Shown: in pieces, positions 18,260 through 28,083 of the stretch
Numbering within the stretch: the stretch's first letter is position 1
Layout of the letters: every line of letters starts with the position of its first letter
Source: Obrimoposthia wandeli
Taxonomy: Eukaryota
Assembly: GCA_977020255.1 (NCBI GenBank)
Contig: CDROCS010001089.1
Coordinates: forward strand, 372,001-436,000
Direction: 5' to 3'
DNA: 64,000 nucleotides
The notes under the pieces: generated by a model
Seen by the model: the letters and a program-made list of their open reading frames with translations, nothing else
Databases searched by the model: none
Told to the model about the DNA's origin: nothing
Position numbers and translations under genes: made by a program

Positions 18260-20302
18260 ATGAAAAGTATGCTTATTGCAGGCACTGCACTTTTAATAGC
18301 AGGTAATGTACTTGCTGCATGTCCAACGGTGATCGGTCAAGATGCTGGTGGCGCTTACCCGCATTTATTTGAAAAGCTAGAATTTGAAACTATGTATTCT
18401 TGCCAACTGAAATTTACTCAAAACCCTGCTATCAAGGCGCTTAATTTGCGTATAGCAGGGAATCCTGAATTAAAACCGCTTGAAAATCGCTTACCTATAG
18501 AACCCCTTGTTATTGCGCCCTATCAAGCTGTTGGTCAATACGGTGGCGTATTAAATGGCATATCAAAAGCGACTGAGTCAGGCACTTCTGATCTGTTATC
18601 AGTGCGCCATGTGAACTTAGTTAGATTTAATGATGATTTACAAACCATCGTACCGAATGTAGCTAAATCTTGGCGTTGGAATAATGACTTTACAGAACTC
18701 ACTATGAATTTGCGTGAAGGTCACAAATGGTCTGATGGAGCGCCATTCACCGCTGAAGATATTGCCTTTTGGTATAATGATTTACTTCTGGATAGCAATG
18801 TTATCAAAAAGATGAAAGAGCGCTTTCTATCCAATGGCAAGCCGATGAAAGTAGAAGCGATTAATGCAACTACGGTTAGGTTTACTTTAAACTCGCCTAA
18901 ACCTGGGTTGCTGGCAAACTTTGCATTAGATTACGCTCAGCCTTTTCAACCTAAACATTTATTAGCTAAATTTCACCCTAAGCTTAATAAAGATGCGGAT
19001 CAGCTAGCGCAATCGCTTGGTTTCGAAAACGGATATGCTGCCGTTATTTTTTATTATGGCCAATCTGATTGGAAAGATATCCCTACTCCCTTACTAAAAG
19101 ATAATGCGCGTGCTGATGCACTTGTTAAAGCAGGCTTTACGGCAATCGCACCTACTTTAGAGTCTCATTTAGTAACAAAAGAAACTTTAGAAGGCAGACA
19201 ATTGGTTGCTAACCCTTATTTTTTCCAAGTGGATACAGCAGGGAATCAATTACCTTATATCAATGAAATTCATGAAGTGTTTATTGGTGATGAGAATATT
19301 CAAACAGCTAAAATGATTGCTGGAGAAATAGACTATAAGGCACAGGCAGTCAACTTACCTGCAACGCCTGTTTTATTAGAAAACAAAGAATCAGGGCAAT
19401 ACAACATTGCGCTGCGCCCAACAATTGGTGAAACAACCTTTGCTTTCAATTTAACAGACAAGAACATTGAAAAACGTGCTGTTTTTAACGATGTTAACTT
19501 CCGCCGGGCTATGTCAGTGGCTATCAACCGCCAACAAATTAACGAAATAGCCTATTTCGGTTTAGGTACGCCTACGCAATACACCGCATTCGATGCTGAT
19601 ACTGCGAGCTTTATTACTGACAAGCTAAAAAATAGCTGGGTACAGTTTGATAAAAAGCTAGCAGCAAAACTGCTAGATAAAGCAGGGGTTGTCGATAAAA
19701 ACAATGATGGGTTAAGAGATTTACCTTCTGGCAAAAAATTTGAGTTAAACTTTCAGTATGCGACACAAGGCACTGCAACTGAAGTTGTAGAAATTATTGC
19801 GAGCAACTGGACAGACATTGGCGTTCAAACAACCATTAAAGAAGTCACTTCTGATGAATATCGCAACTCTCAAACAGCAAATGATCTAAGCGTGCTGACT
19901 TGGGTGATGGGTCGTCCACTAGCTACTTTAGCTAGTAATACTGAAACGTTATTGCCCCCTTATGATAATTTCTTTGGCTTGCGCACAGGTATGTTATGGG
20001 CACAAAACATAAATACTAAAGGGAGTGAAGGTGTTAAACCTCCGCAGACAGTACTAGAAATGCAAAAGCTAGCTGAGCGCTTCGTTACTTTGCAAACGGG
20101 TACTGAGCAATCCAATAAATTAGGGCTTGAGATTGCCACTAAAGTAGTTGATGACCTCTTTGTAATTGGTACCGTAAAAGCTGTAAGCCCGGTGTATTAC
20201 AGCCGTAAATTAGGTAATTTTAAAATACCGAAAACCTCTTCTTACGACTACTACCGCACTTACCCATACCTTCCATCACAGTGGTTCCTAAACACCAAGT
20301 AA
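18260..20302 (+). CDS. Family-5 (DppA/OppA/AgpA-like) ABC solute-binding protein, orphan
   Basis: Signal peptide (LAAC could be a lipobox); RLPIEPLV...GQYGG, LREGHKWSDGAPFTAEDIAF, ANPYFFQVDTAGNQLPYI, FRRAMSVAINR motifs; 680 aa; no permease or ATPase adjacent. Confidence 0.85.
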   Translation: MKSMLIAGTALLIAGNVLAACPTVIGQDAGGAYPHLFEKLEFETMYSCQLKFTQNPAIKALNLRIAGNPELKPLENRLPIEPLVIAPYQAVGQYGGVLNGISKATESGTSDLLSVRHVNLVRFNDDLQTIVPNVAKSWRWNNDFTELTMNLREGHKWSDGAPFTAEDIAFWYNDLLLDSNVIKKMKERFLSNGKPMKVEAINATTVRFTLNSPKPGLLANFALDYAQPFQPKHLLAKFHPKLNKDADQLAQSLGFENGYAAVIFYYGQSDWKDIPTPLLKDNARADALVKAGFTAIAPTLESHLVTKETLEGRQLVANPYFFQVDTAGNQLPYINEIHEVFIGDENIQTAKMIAGEIDYKAQAVNLPATPVLLENKESGQYNIALRPTIGETTFAFNLTDKNIEKRAVFNDVNFRRAMSVAINRQQINEIAYFGLGTPTQYTAFDADTASFITDKLKNSWVQFDKKLAAKLLDKAGVVDKNNDGLRDLPSGKKFELNFQYATQGTATEVVEIIASNWTDIGVQTTIKEVTSDEYRNSQTANDLSVLTWVMGRPLATLASNTETLLPPYDNFFGLRTGMLWAQNINTKGSEGVKPPQTVLEMQKLAERFVTLQTGTEQSNKLGLEIATKVVDDLFVIGTVKAVSPVYYSRKLGNFKIPKTSSYDYYRTYPYLPSQWFLNTK

Positions 20303-20331
20303 CACTTTTAAATACCACTGTTTAAATCACG

Positions 20332-20351
20332 GGAGGCACTTGCCTCCTTTT
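20332..20351 (+). terminator. Intrinsic terminator of the binding-protein gene
   Basis: GGAGGCA/TGCCTCC stem followed by TTTT. Confidence 0.75.
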
Positions 20352-20777
20352 GCTATCTCACTGCACAAACCAATTTCTTGATAATTTAAACCAAATAATG
20401 CTTGATATATGTTTTTTATTGTGTATTCTTTCATGTCCGTTAGTACATTCATCTGATTATCCTTATATAAAATCAACTGGTTTTGGAACTTAGCGCGGTA
20501 ATAGTTGCCATAGTAGTGCATTTATATATTGGGAAGTTTTATACTATAGGTAGGCAAGGCAGAACTAATCGATAACAGCGACATATTATTGATTAAGATG
20601 ATTTTAATTAGTTATTCCTATTATTATTTTTGCAGGATTTTACCCAAGGTAACGTCATCAAAAGTAACAATAGGAATAGTACACAAGGTAATATTTTACC
20701 GTTACAAAACGTAAAATGTTCACAGGCATAATTGTTATGTCACACTTTTATAGAAAATAAATAAGGTGGTTAAGTAG

Positions 20778-21653
20778 ATGGGCAAGAGCTTACTAGCAAT
20801 TGATCATATTTCTCCAGGACAAAATTTAGATGCGTACCTGCAAACGATTAGTGCGATACCTGTACTGACTGTAGTAGAAGAACGCGCATTAGCTGAGCGC
20901 TTGAAAGATCAAAATGATCTAGAAGCTGCCCGACACCTCGTAATGTCTCATTTACGTTTTGTTGTGCATATAGCCAGAAGTTACTCAGGCTACGGCTTGC
21001 CACTTGGAGATCTTATTCAAGAGGGCAACGTGGGCATGATGAAAGCTGTAAAACGCTTTGATCCCGAAGTAGGTGTACGTTTAGTTTCTTTTGCTGTGCA
21101 TTGGATAAAAGCTGAAATGCACGAGTACATTTTAAAGAACTGGCGCATTGTTAAAATTGCGACCACTAAAGCGCAGCGTAAACTATTCTTTAACCTTCGC
21201 TCAAAAAAGAAAGATTTAGGTTGGATGAATAACACTGAAGCTTCATCTATCGCTGAAGACTTAGGCGTAGAGCTAAAAACGTTACGTGAAATGGAAGGCC
21301 GATTAGCCTCCTCTGATACTGCTTTTGACATGTCGGGCAGTGACGATGACGAGAGCACTTACTTTGCTCCGGCTCAATACCTAGAAGACAACACAGCGAA
21401 TCCTGAAACGTTACTAGAGACGTCTAATTGGAAATCTCACGCTGAAGGGCAATTAATAACTGCGCTACAAGGTTTGGATGATCGCAGTCGTGATATTTTG
21501 TCACAGCGCTGGTTAGCTGATACAAAAGCGACATTGCACGAACTGGCCGCTCAATATCAAGTTTCTGCTGAGCGTATTCGCCAGCTTGAAAAGAATGCAA
21601 TGAAGAAACTTAAGGATGCCATGGGCGTTGAAGAGAGCGGTTTGTTAGCTTAA
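20778..21653 (+). CDS. rpoH: RNA polymerase sigma-32 factor
   Basis: [19 protein letters not shown] region 2 and RpoH box QRKLFFNLR. Confidence 0.96.
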   Translation: MGKSLLAIDHISPGQNLDAYLQTISAIPVLTVVEERALAERLKDQNDLEAARHLVMSHLRFVVHIARSYSGYGLPLGDLIQEGNVGMMKAVKRFDPEVGVRLVSFAVHWIKAEMHEYILKNWRIVKIATTKAQRKLFFNLRSKKKDLGWMNNTEASSIAEDLGVELKTLREMEGRLASSDTAFDMSGSDDDESTYFAPAQYLEDNTANPETLLETSNWKSHAEGQLITALQGLDDRSRDILSQRWLADTKATLHELAAQYQVSAERIRQLEKNAMKKLKDAMGVEESGLLA

Positions 21654-21681
21654 ACAATGCTGTTATGTTGCCATTGTAAAG

Positions 21682-21709
21682 AAACCGTCCTTATGTGACG
21701 GTTTTTTTT
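21682..21709 (+). terminator. rpoH intrinsic terminator
   Basis: AAACCGTC/GACGGTTT stem and T-run. Confidence 0.8.
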
Positions 21710-21729
21710 ATTCTTAAAAAGGTAGTTTA

Positions 21730-22143
21730 ATGAAAGCTAAACAGATAATTATTATCGCAGCACTGTTTGCCTTTTTCGCAATCGCTATTGGTGCACTTGG
21801 AGCACATGGGTTAAAAAACTATCTCTCTGCTAAAGCCTTGGCATGGGTTACAACAGCAGCAACTTACCAAATGTATCATGCACTTGCGCTTTTGGCGGTG
21901 GCCGCCTTGATGCTCAAATTTGGCAATCGAAAATCTTTAATGTTTGTTAATTACAGCTTCTGCTCTGGAATCTTCTTATTTTCAGGGAGCTTATATTTAT
22001 TAGCATTTAGCGAAGTAAGTAATTTTGCTCACTTAAAGTTTTACCTTGTTTACTTAACACCATTAGGCGGATTTGCATTTTTGTTAGGCTGGCTAGGTTT
22101 GATCTTTTCAGCGATGTCTCTGCCTGTTGATGATACAACTTAA
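21730..22143 (+). CDS. DUF423 (YgdD-like) membrane protein
   Basis: GALGAHGL, TAATYQMYHAL, GIFLFSGSLY, TPLGG motifs. Confidence 0.88.
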   Translation: MKAKQIIIIAALFAFFAIAIGALGAHGLKNYLSAKALAWVTTAATYQMYHALALLAVAALMLKFGNRKSLMFVNYSFCSGIFLFSGSLYLLAFSEVSNFAHLKFYLVYLTPLGGFAFLLGWLGLIFSAMSLPVDDTT

Positions 22144-22247
22144 CGACTCTCGATTGGCTTGCGCTACTAACAATTTAGCAAATTAGTGCAATGATTACGC
22201 AATTCAATTAAAATATGCCCTTTAAAATTCAAGCAGAAAAGCAATAA

Positions 22248-22952
22248 TTGGTAGCAAAAATGACAGAAGAAAAGCAGCATTTACGGACAATACGCAGTTT
22301 TGTAATGCGCGCGGGAAGAACAACGTTAGGTCAAGAACGAGCGCTAGAAGAAGTGTGGCCTCTATTTGGTCTATCTGTAAAAGATGGAATGATTGATTTT
22401 AAACAAGTATTCGCAAGAGAAGCAGATACTGTATTAGAAATCGGTTTTGGTATGGGTGAATCGTTAATTTCAATGGCTAAAGCAGCCCCTGAAGTTAATT
22501 TCATTGGTATAGAAGTACACCGCCCAGGGGTAGGTAGATTACTTTCAAGAATTGCAGAGGAAGAGCTAACCAATATTCGCGTTTACTCAGAAGATGCTAT
22601 TGATGTACTAGCCAAGTGCATAGCAGATGGTTCTTTAACGACTTTGCAATTATTTTTCCCTGATCCGTGGCACAAAAAGAAGCATCATAAAAGACGTATA
22701 GTACAAGCAGAGCTTGCCCAAACACTTAAAGCTAAGCTGAAAATGGGTGGCTGTTTTCATATGGCAACTGATTGGCAAAATTATGCTGAGCACATGATGG
22801 AAGTAATGGAAATAGCTCCTGGTTTTACCAATTTTGCTGGCGCAAGGCAGTATTCACCGCAACCTGAAGCACGCCCAGTTACTAAGTTTCAACGCCGCGG
22901 AGAAAAGCTTGGCCATGGCGTTTGGGATTTAATTTATCAACGCAAGCAGTAA
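22248..22952 (+). CDS. trmB: tRNA (guanine-N7)-methyltransferase; probable start ATG 22260
   Basis: [49 protein letters not shown]. Confidence 0.95.
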   Translation: MVAKMTEEKQHLRTIRSFVMRAGRTTLGQERALEEVWPLFGLSVKDGMIDFKQVFAREADTVLEIGFGMGESLISMAKAAPEVNFIGIEVHRPGVGRLLSRIAEEELTNIRVYSEDAIDVLAKCIADGSLTTLQLFFPDPWHKKKHHKRRIVQAELAQTLKAKLKMGGCFHMATDWQNYAEHMMEVMEIAPGFTNFAGARQYSPQPEARPVTKFQRRGEKLGHGVWDLIYQRKQ

Positions 22953-23187
22953 TTTATTGGCGCAATACTGGTTTATTTTGAATTTAAATCAGTATTGTTT
23001 TAATAAACAGTTCTATGTTTTTAGTAGTTAAGCTATATTCAATATTTAGATACTAAAATCTTTAGCGCTAATGGATAGTTTGATAAAAAGCAGTTTAAGA
23101 TCTATATTTAGTCAAGTGATTCATACTCACACAATCTATGGCTTTTAGGGTATTTAATAAAACTTTATTGATCTAAGGAAAACTCAA

Positions 23188-24117
23188 GTGGCAGATACAA
23201 AATATCGGTTAGTGACTCGCAGTGATTTTGATGGATTGGTCTGTGCTGTTCTTCTAAAGCATTTAGGCCTAGTTGATGAGATTAAATTTGTACACCCTAA
23301 AGACATGCAAGACGGAAATGTAGAAGTATCAAGTAATGATATAACTACCAATTTACCTTATGTTCCCGGTGTGCATATGGCGTTTGATCATCACCTTTCT
23401 GAAACTATTCGCAATGAAAAAGCTGAAAATCACGTCATAGATCCAACAGCACCTTCAGCCGCACGCGTAGTGTTTGACCATTATGGTGGCTTTGATGTTT
23501 TTCCAAAATCTTGGGATGACATGTTAACGGCTGTTGATATAGGTGATTCGGCGCAGTACGAACGCGATGATGTTTTAAACCCTCAAGGATGGTCACTGTT
23601 GAACTTCTTAATGGATGCTCGCACTGGCTTAGGCAGGTTTAGAGAGTTCAGAATTTCTAACTACGAACTTATGATGGATCTAATTGATTATTGTAAAGAC
23701 CATGATATAGACAACATTCTACAGTTACCCGATGTAAAAGAACGCGTAGAATTATATATGGACCAGCAAGTTAAATTCGTAGAGCAAATAAAACGCTGCT
23801 CACAAGTGTTTGATAATTTAGTGGTATTAAACCTGCAGGATGAAGAAGATATTTGGGCTGGTAACCGATTTATGATCTATGCGCTGTTCCCAGAAGTAAA
23901 TATTTCTATCCACAAAATTTGGGGCGTTAAAAAACAAAACACCGTGTTCGCCACGGGTAAATCTATCTTCGATCGTCGCTCTAAAACTAACGTCGGTGAG
24001 CTAATGCTTAAATACGGCGGTGGTGGTCATGAAGCGGCCGGCACTTGCCAAATTAGCAATGATAAAGCTGAAAGTGTACTGAGCGATTTAATAGCTACAA
24101 TTAACGCTGACGGTTAA
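23188..24117 (+). CDS. DHH/DHHA1 phosphodiesterase ('exopolyphosphatase-like'), PggH/nanoRNase-type
   Basis: YRLVTRSDFDGLVCAVLL, FDHH, GGGGHEAAGTCQ; strongly resembles Vibrio PggH as I recall it. Confidence 0.8.
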   Translation: MADTKYRLVTRSDFDGLVCAVLLKHLGLVDEIKFVHPKDMQDGNVEVSSNDITTNLPYVPGVHMAFDHHLSETIRNEKAENHVIDPTAPSAARVVFDHYGGFDVFPKSWDDMLTAVDIGDSAQYERDDVLNPQGWSLLNFLMDARTGLGRFREFRISNYELMMDLIDYCKDHDIDNILQLPDVKERVELYMDQQVKFVEQIKRCSQVFDNLVVLNLQDEEDIWAGNRFMIYALFPEVNISIHKIWGVKKQNTVFATGKSIFDRRSKTNVGELMLKYGGGGHEAAGTCQISNDKAESVLSDLIATINADG

Positions 24118-24129
24118 TTAATTTGCGTA

Positions 24130-24168
24130 ATATATCAAAGGTAAAGTATTAACTTACCTTTGATATAT
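24130..24168. terminator. Long AT-rich hairpin between convergent genes
   Basis: Perfect 15-bp stem ATATATCAAAGGTAA/TTACCTTTGATATAT, 9-nt loop. Confidence 0.6.
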
Positions 24169-24177
24169 CTAAAATCC

Positions 24178-24789
24178 TCAAATAGATTCTAGGAACTTCC
24201 TTACCTGCTTTTTACTCACACGGCTCAGCTTTTTCATTGTGGAAAAACTGATATCATTACAGCCATATTCAGCACGAATTTTAGCTAGTATTGCTAACCA
24301 AACACCTGCGGTCATCTGAGCATCGTCCAGAGCGCGGTGAAACTGACCTTCAACAGGTAAGTCAATATAGTTAACCAAAGTACCAAGCTTATGATTTGGC
24401 GCCTCTTGGAACACTCTACGACTCGCCAGCATTGAGCAACAAAACAGCCCCTTGTACTTGCGCTTGATAAACCTTAGCTCACTGTCTAGAAAACGCTGAT
24501 CAAAACTAGCATTGTGCGCCAACAAATTAGCATCTCCCAAAAAGTTAGCAAACTGGTCCATCACTTCAGCACACGCTGGTGCTTCAGCCAGCATTTGATT
24601 GCTAATCCCCGTAAAGTTTTCAATAAAACCACTCACCTTAAAACCTGGATTCATCAATGCTTGAAACTCATCTACGACTACGCCTTTTTCTAAACGTACC
24701 GCACCTATTTCAATGGCTCGATCACCGTAATCAGGAGACATTCCACTCGTTTCAAAGTCGAGCACCACTAGAGAATCAGCTGGCGACAT
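24178..24789 (-). CDS. Stand-alone DEDDh 3'-5' exonuclease (DnaQ-like)
   Basis: VLDFETSG, AHNASFD, HRALDDA. Confidence 0.88.
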   Translation of the reverse strand: MSPADSLVVLDFETSGMSPDYGDRAIEIGAVRLEKGVVVDEFQALMNPGFKVSGFIENFTGISNQMLAEAPACAEVMDQFANFLGDANLLAHNASFDQRFLDSELRFIKRKYKGLFCCSMLASRRVFQEAPNHKLGTLVNYIDLPVEGQFHRALDDAQMTAGVWLAILAKIRAEYGCNDISFSTMKKLSRVSKKQVRKFLESI

Positions 24790-24893
24790 GGATTTATCCT
24801 TTAGTTTAAAATATTACACAAGTCTCATATTTTACTTAATTGCTAAGGGACAATCACTAACTCAATAGATAAAAATAGGCTTCGATGCAATTT

Positions 24894-25757
24894 TTACACA
24901 CCCTGAATAACTTGTGTATTCAATCCGGCGGCCCGTTCTAATCTACGATACTGCCCAGGGGTTAATCCGTAGCCGCTTTTAAAAATTCGACTAAAGTGCG
25001 CTTGATCACTAAACCCTGTGGAAAAGCCCGCGTCAATCAACGACACTCCCTGTGCGATCAACTGCTGGCTTCGCACTAATCGACAGCGCAGAGAATAACG
25101 ATAGGGACTAGTTCCATATGCCAGCTTGAATTGTCGAGCCAATGCAAAACGACTAAAGCCACTCACCACTTCCAGTTCACTTGAGAGCACTTGGCGCTGC
25201 ACTGTTGCATCTAAAAAATTTCGCACACGCTGTAAAGCTAACCAATCGACGGATATTCGGGTATGTGCTTCGTAATCATGGTGCTGCTGGCCAACCAACC
25301 CTTGGCACAAAGTCATAATAATCTCATCTACTGCGAGCAAATCAAGTTCGTTGTTACTCAATTTCCAGGCCAAATGCACTGCACTTTTAAGTACGTAATT
25401 ATCGGAAACACTCTGTGTTACAAAAGGTAACTCACTCATTCCAGGACTTACAGTACGCAAGGCTTCAGCGATCAATGCTGGATTAACATAAAGCATACGA
25501 TAACCAAACCCTAAGCCTGTACCCGCGCGACCGTTATGCATTTCATCTGGATGCAATACCATCACACGATTAACAGTACTGTCTTCGCGGGCGCCGCGAT
25601 AATCAAAAGATTGTACGCCACTATCAGTGATGCCTATAGCGTAGCTCTCATGGCAGTGCCTAGAGTACGCTGGACCAGCAAACCAAGCTTGCAGCAACTC
25701 AATCCCTGGCGTGATTTCGCGTATCTGCATTTTATCTGGTATTTCAGTATTTGGCAT
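24894..25757 (-). CDS. AraC-family regulator with cupin ligand domain
   Basis: YSRHCHESYAIG, HPDEMHNG, C-terminal GFSDQAHFSRIFKSGYGLTPGQY. Confidence 0.9.
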   Translation of the reverse strand: MPNTEIPDKMQIREITPGIELLQAWFAGPAYSRHCHESYAIGITDSGVQSFDYRGAREDSTVNRVMVLHPDEMHNGRAGTGLGFGYRMLYVNPALIAEALRTVSPGMSELPFVTQSVSDNYVLKSAVHLAWKLSNNELDLLAVDEIIMTLCQGLVGQQHHDYEAHTRISVDWLALQRVRNFLDATVQRQVLSSELEVVSGFSRFALARQFKLAYGTSPYRYSLRCRLVRSQQLIAQGVSLIDAGFSTGFSDQAHFSRIFKSGYGLTPGQYRRLERAAGLNTQVIQGV

Positions 25758-25896
25758 ATTAACCTCTATCTGCCTACAAACTGGGCAAGCTAATTTCTTG
25801 TTATTATAATTAACTTCTACCCTCAGTGCACAAATCTACAATAATTCATCTTCTACATCTGATCTAATAAAGCTTTTAAAAAATAGGGAAAAGACC

Positions 25897-26277
25897 ATGA
25901 CCAAATCAATTGAGTATAACCCCATCAATTTAAAGCAAAAACTTAAACTTATAAATAGCCATTGGCAACCTAAAGTTATTGCTCAAATGAACGACTATCA
26001 ATTCAAACTGGTCAAAATATTAGGTGATTTTGAATGGCATAAGCACAGTGATACCGATGAAGCTTTTATCGTTATCGCAGGTAAACTACGCATAGACTTT
26101 AGAGATGGGTCTGTCACAGTCAACACTGGTGAATTGTATGTTGTACCTAAAGACATTGAGCACAAACCTTATGCAGAGCATGAGGTACAAATGTTACTGC
26201 TCAATCCTCGTGGGTTAAAAAATACCGGCGACGCTCCTCAAAGTGAACGCACTGCACAAAATGATGTTTGGATTTAA
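25897..26277 (+). CDS. Cupin-domain protein
   Basis: FEWHKHSDTDEAF and GELYVVPKDIEHKP cupin motifs; divergent from AraC gene. Confidence 0.85.
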   Translation: MTKSIEYNPINLKQKLKLINSHWQPKVIAQMNDYQFKLVKILGDFEWHKHSDTDEAFIVIAGKLRIDFRDGSVTVNTGELYVVPKDIEHKPYAEHEVQMLLLNPRGLKNTGDAPQSERTAQNDVWI

Positions 26278-26563
26278 ATAGGTAATTAATATCTAAAATC
26301 CCTACTGAAGTATTGAGCTGTTTATAATGATGGCTTTATCAATACTCCACAAGCGGAGGGGCGCTAATTATTCAACAATAATAAGTATATTAATACTGCA
26401 TTTAAAAGCATCAATTAAGATGATTAGCGTCATTATCAATGAGCCAAATAGCATCTCCCACCTGTTAATTGTGCACAGCCTTAACTAAACCTTCTAATTT
26501 GATATATGAAGTAGGGTAAACAGCTAAAGGTTTGCTAGGCTTAAGGTATTCGGGTATATTTTC

Positions 26564-26580
26564 ACTCATCTATATCAGTC
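26564..26580. promoter_or_regulatory. Degenerate copy of the sulfoacetate-cluster operator (likely GntR autoregulation)
   Basis: ACTCATCTATATCAGTC, 14/17 identical to ACTCATATATATGAGTT; 18 nt upstream of the GntR start. Confidence 0.4.
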
Positions 26581-26598
26581 ATATCAGTGAAATAACCA

Positions 26599-27315
26599 AT
26601 GAATAACCAACATGTTCCACTTTATAAGCGCGTCGAACAATACATTCTTGCAGATATTGACAGCGGTCGATTAGTACCTGGTGATTTAATTGCTTCAGAG
26701 CCGCAGTTAGCCAAAAAGCTAGCAGTGAGCCAAGGGACGGTAAAAAAAGCAATTGATAATTTAGTCAATGAAAAGCGCTTATATCGTCACCAAGGCAAAG
26801 GCACTTATGTATCTTCTATTGATTTTAATAACAGCTTGTTTCGTTTCTTTTCCTACGGTGATGCCAGCGGAAAAGGCGTCAGAATTAATAAAGAAACACT
26901 AGAGCGCCACCTAAAACCAGCACCTAAGAATATTGCAAAAGCGCTGGGTTATTCGACTGAAGCTGAACTGCTTTATATCCAACGCCAAGGTTATATTCAA
27001 GAACAACCGATATTAATTGAACACTGCTGGTGGTGCCCTGAAATATTGCCGGGGTTAGAAAAAAACGATGTGCATATTCCCGACTTAATGTACGCCATGG
27101 TTGTCGAAAAATATGGTGTCCCGGTGATTAGTGCTGAAGAAACACTTACCGCTGATATAGCCGATAAACAAACCGCAGTTGCGCTCAATATCGCTGAAAA
27201 ATCTCCCGTTGTGGTTTTAATTAGGCACACTTATAGTCTGAATAACAAAATGATTGAGTATCGAAAAACTATCGGCCGCGCTGATAAATTTAGCTACAAA
27301 ACTAAAATTCGTTAA
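26599..27315 (+). CDS. GntR-family (HutC/UTRA) regulator
   Basis: PLYKRV...SEPQLAKKLAVSQGTVKKAIDNLV...RHQGKGTYV wHTH; C-terminal UTRA-like domain. Confidence 0.9.
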   Translation: MNNQHVPLYKRVEQYILADIDSGRLVPGDLIASEPQLAKKLAVSQGTVKKAIDNLVNEKRLYRHQGKGTYVSSIDFNNSLFRFFSYGDASGKGVRINKETLERHLKPAPKNIAKALGYSTEAELLYIQRQGYIQEQPILIEHCWWCPEILPGLEKNDVHIPDLMYAMVVEKYGVPVISAEETLTADIADKQTAVALNIAEKSPVVVLIRHTYSLNNKMIEYRKTIGRADKFSYKTKIR

Positions 27316-27519
27316 TCTTCAACCCTCTCTTTCTATTCTCATACTATCGATAATTATCGCTGTTAAAAGCAGCGTTAATTGAATGTTTTATATAATATTT
27401 ATCGTGCCCTACCCGATCTATAATTAATTTTAGCTTTTATTTTTATTTGCCTTTTACTAACTCTATCTTTATTTAGCTATCTAACAAAACTCTAAAGCCT
27501 TTATTTTATTGTACGTTTT

Positions 27520-27577
27520 TTGTACTTGACTTTTAGTTGAAATATAATAACATCATCTAACTCATATATATGAGTTA
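27520..27577 (+). promoter_or_regulatory. Sigma70 promoter plus perfect 20-bp operator for the usp-tctABC operon
   Basis: TTGTAC-17 nt-TATAAT (27520-27548); palindrome TAACTCATATATATGAGTTA at 27558-27577 just downstream. Confidence 0.7.
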
Positions 27578-27611
27578 TGTCTATTTTTAAACCCAACAGT
27601 GAGAGTTCAAC

Positions 27612-28055
27612 ATGTATCAAAAACTCTGTGTTGCCCTAGATGGATCCGACACTTCACTTAAAGCCGTTAAAACAGCTGCAGAAATGGCCAAAGCATTCGA
27701 TGCGCAGTTATTGCTACTACATGTCATTCGTCCTATGAAAATCCCCGCGGAGTTAGAGCGTTTCATCAACGCTGATGATCTCTCAAAAATTCGTGCAAAT
27801 GCATTAGAAGATGTCGCACGTGAAATAACTAATAAAGCCGTGAAACTGGCAACTACACAAGGTGCCGTGAATATAAAATCTAAAACAGTAGAGGGAGACC
27901 CTGCCACTATGATCGTAAAAGTAGCGGCAAAGTACGAAGTAGAACTCATCGTGGTCGGCACTCGGGGCTTAGGCAAGGTAGAAGGTGCACTTATTGGCAG
28001 CATCTCTCGTAAAGTGGCCAACAATGCACAGGTTAGTATTTTAATCGTAAAATAG
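27612..28055 (+). CDS. Universal stress protein (UspA/TeaD-like)
   Basis: VALDGS and ATP-binding VGTRGLGKVEGALIGSIS motif. Confidence 0.9.
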   Translation: MYQKLCVALDGSDTSLKAVKTAAEMAKAFDAQLLLLHVIRPMKIPAELERFINADDLSKIRANALEDVAREITNKAVKLATTQGAVNIKSKTVEGDPATMIVKVAAKYEVELIVVGTRGLGKVEGALIGSISRKVANNAQVSILIVK

Positions 28056-28083
28056 CGCAGTACAAAACCCAGAATAACAAATA

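Noticed and set aside
20485-20512. Possible sigmaE promoter for rpoH (GGAACTT-16 nt-CCATA)
   Set aside because: -35 fits but -10 is poor, and it is ~270 nt from the start; not supportable without TSS data
20327-20521. 64-aa minus-strand ORF
   Set aside because: AT-rich, overlaps the terminator of the binding-protein gene, no motif
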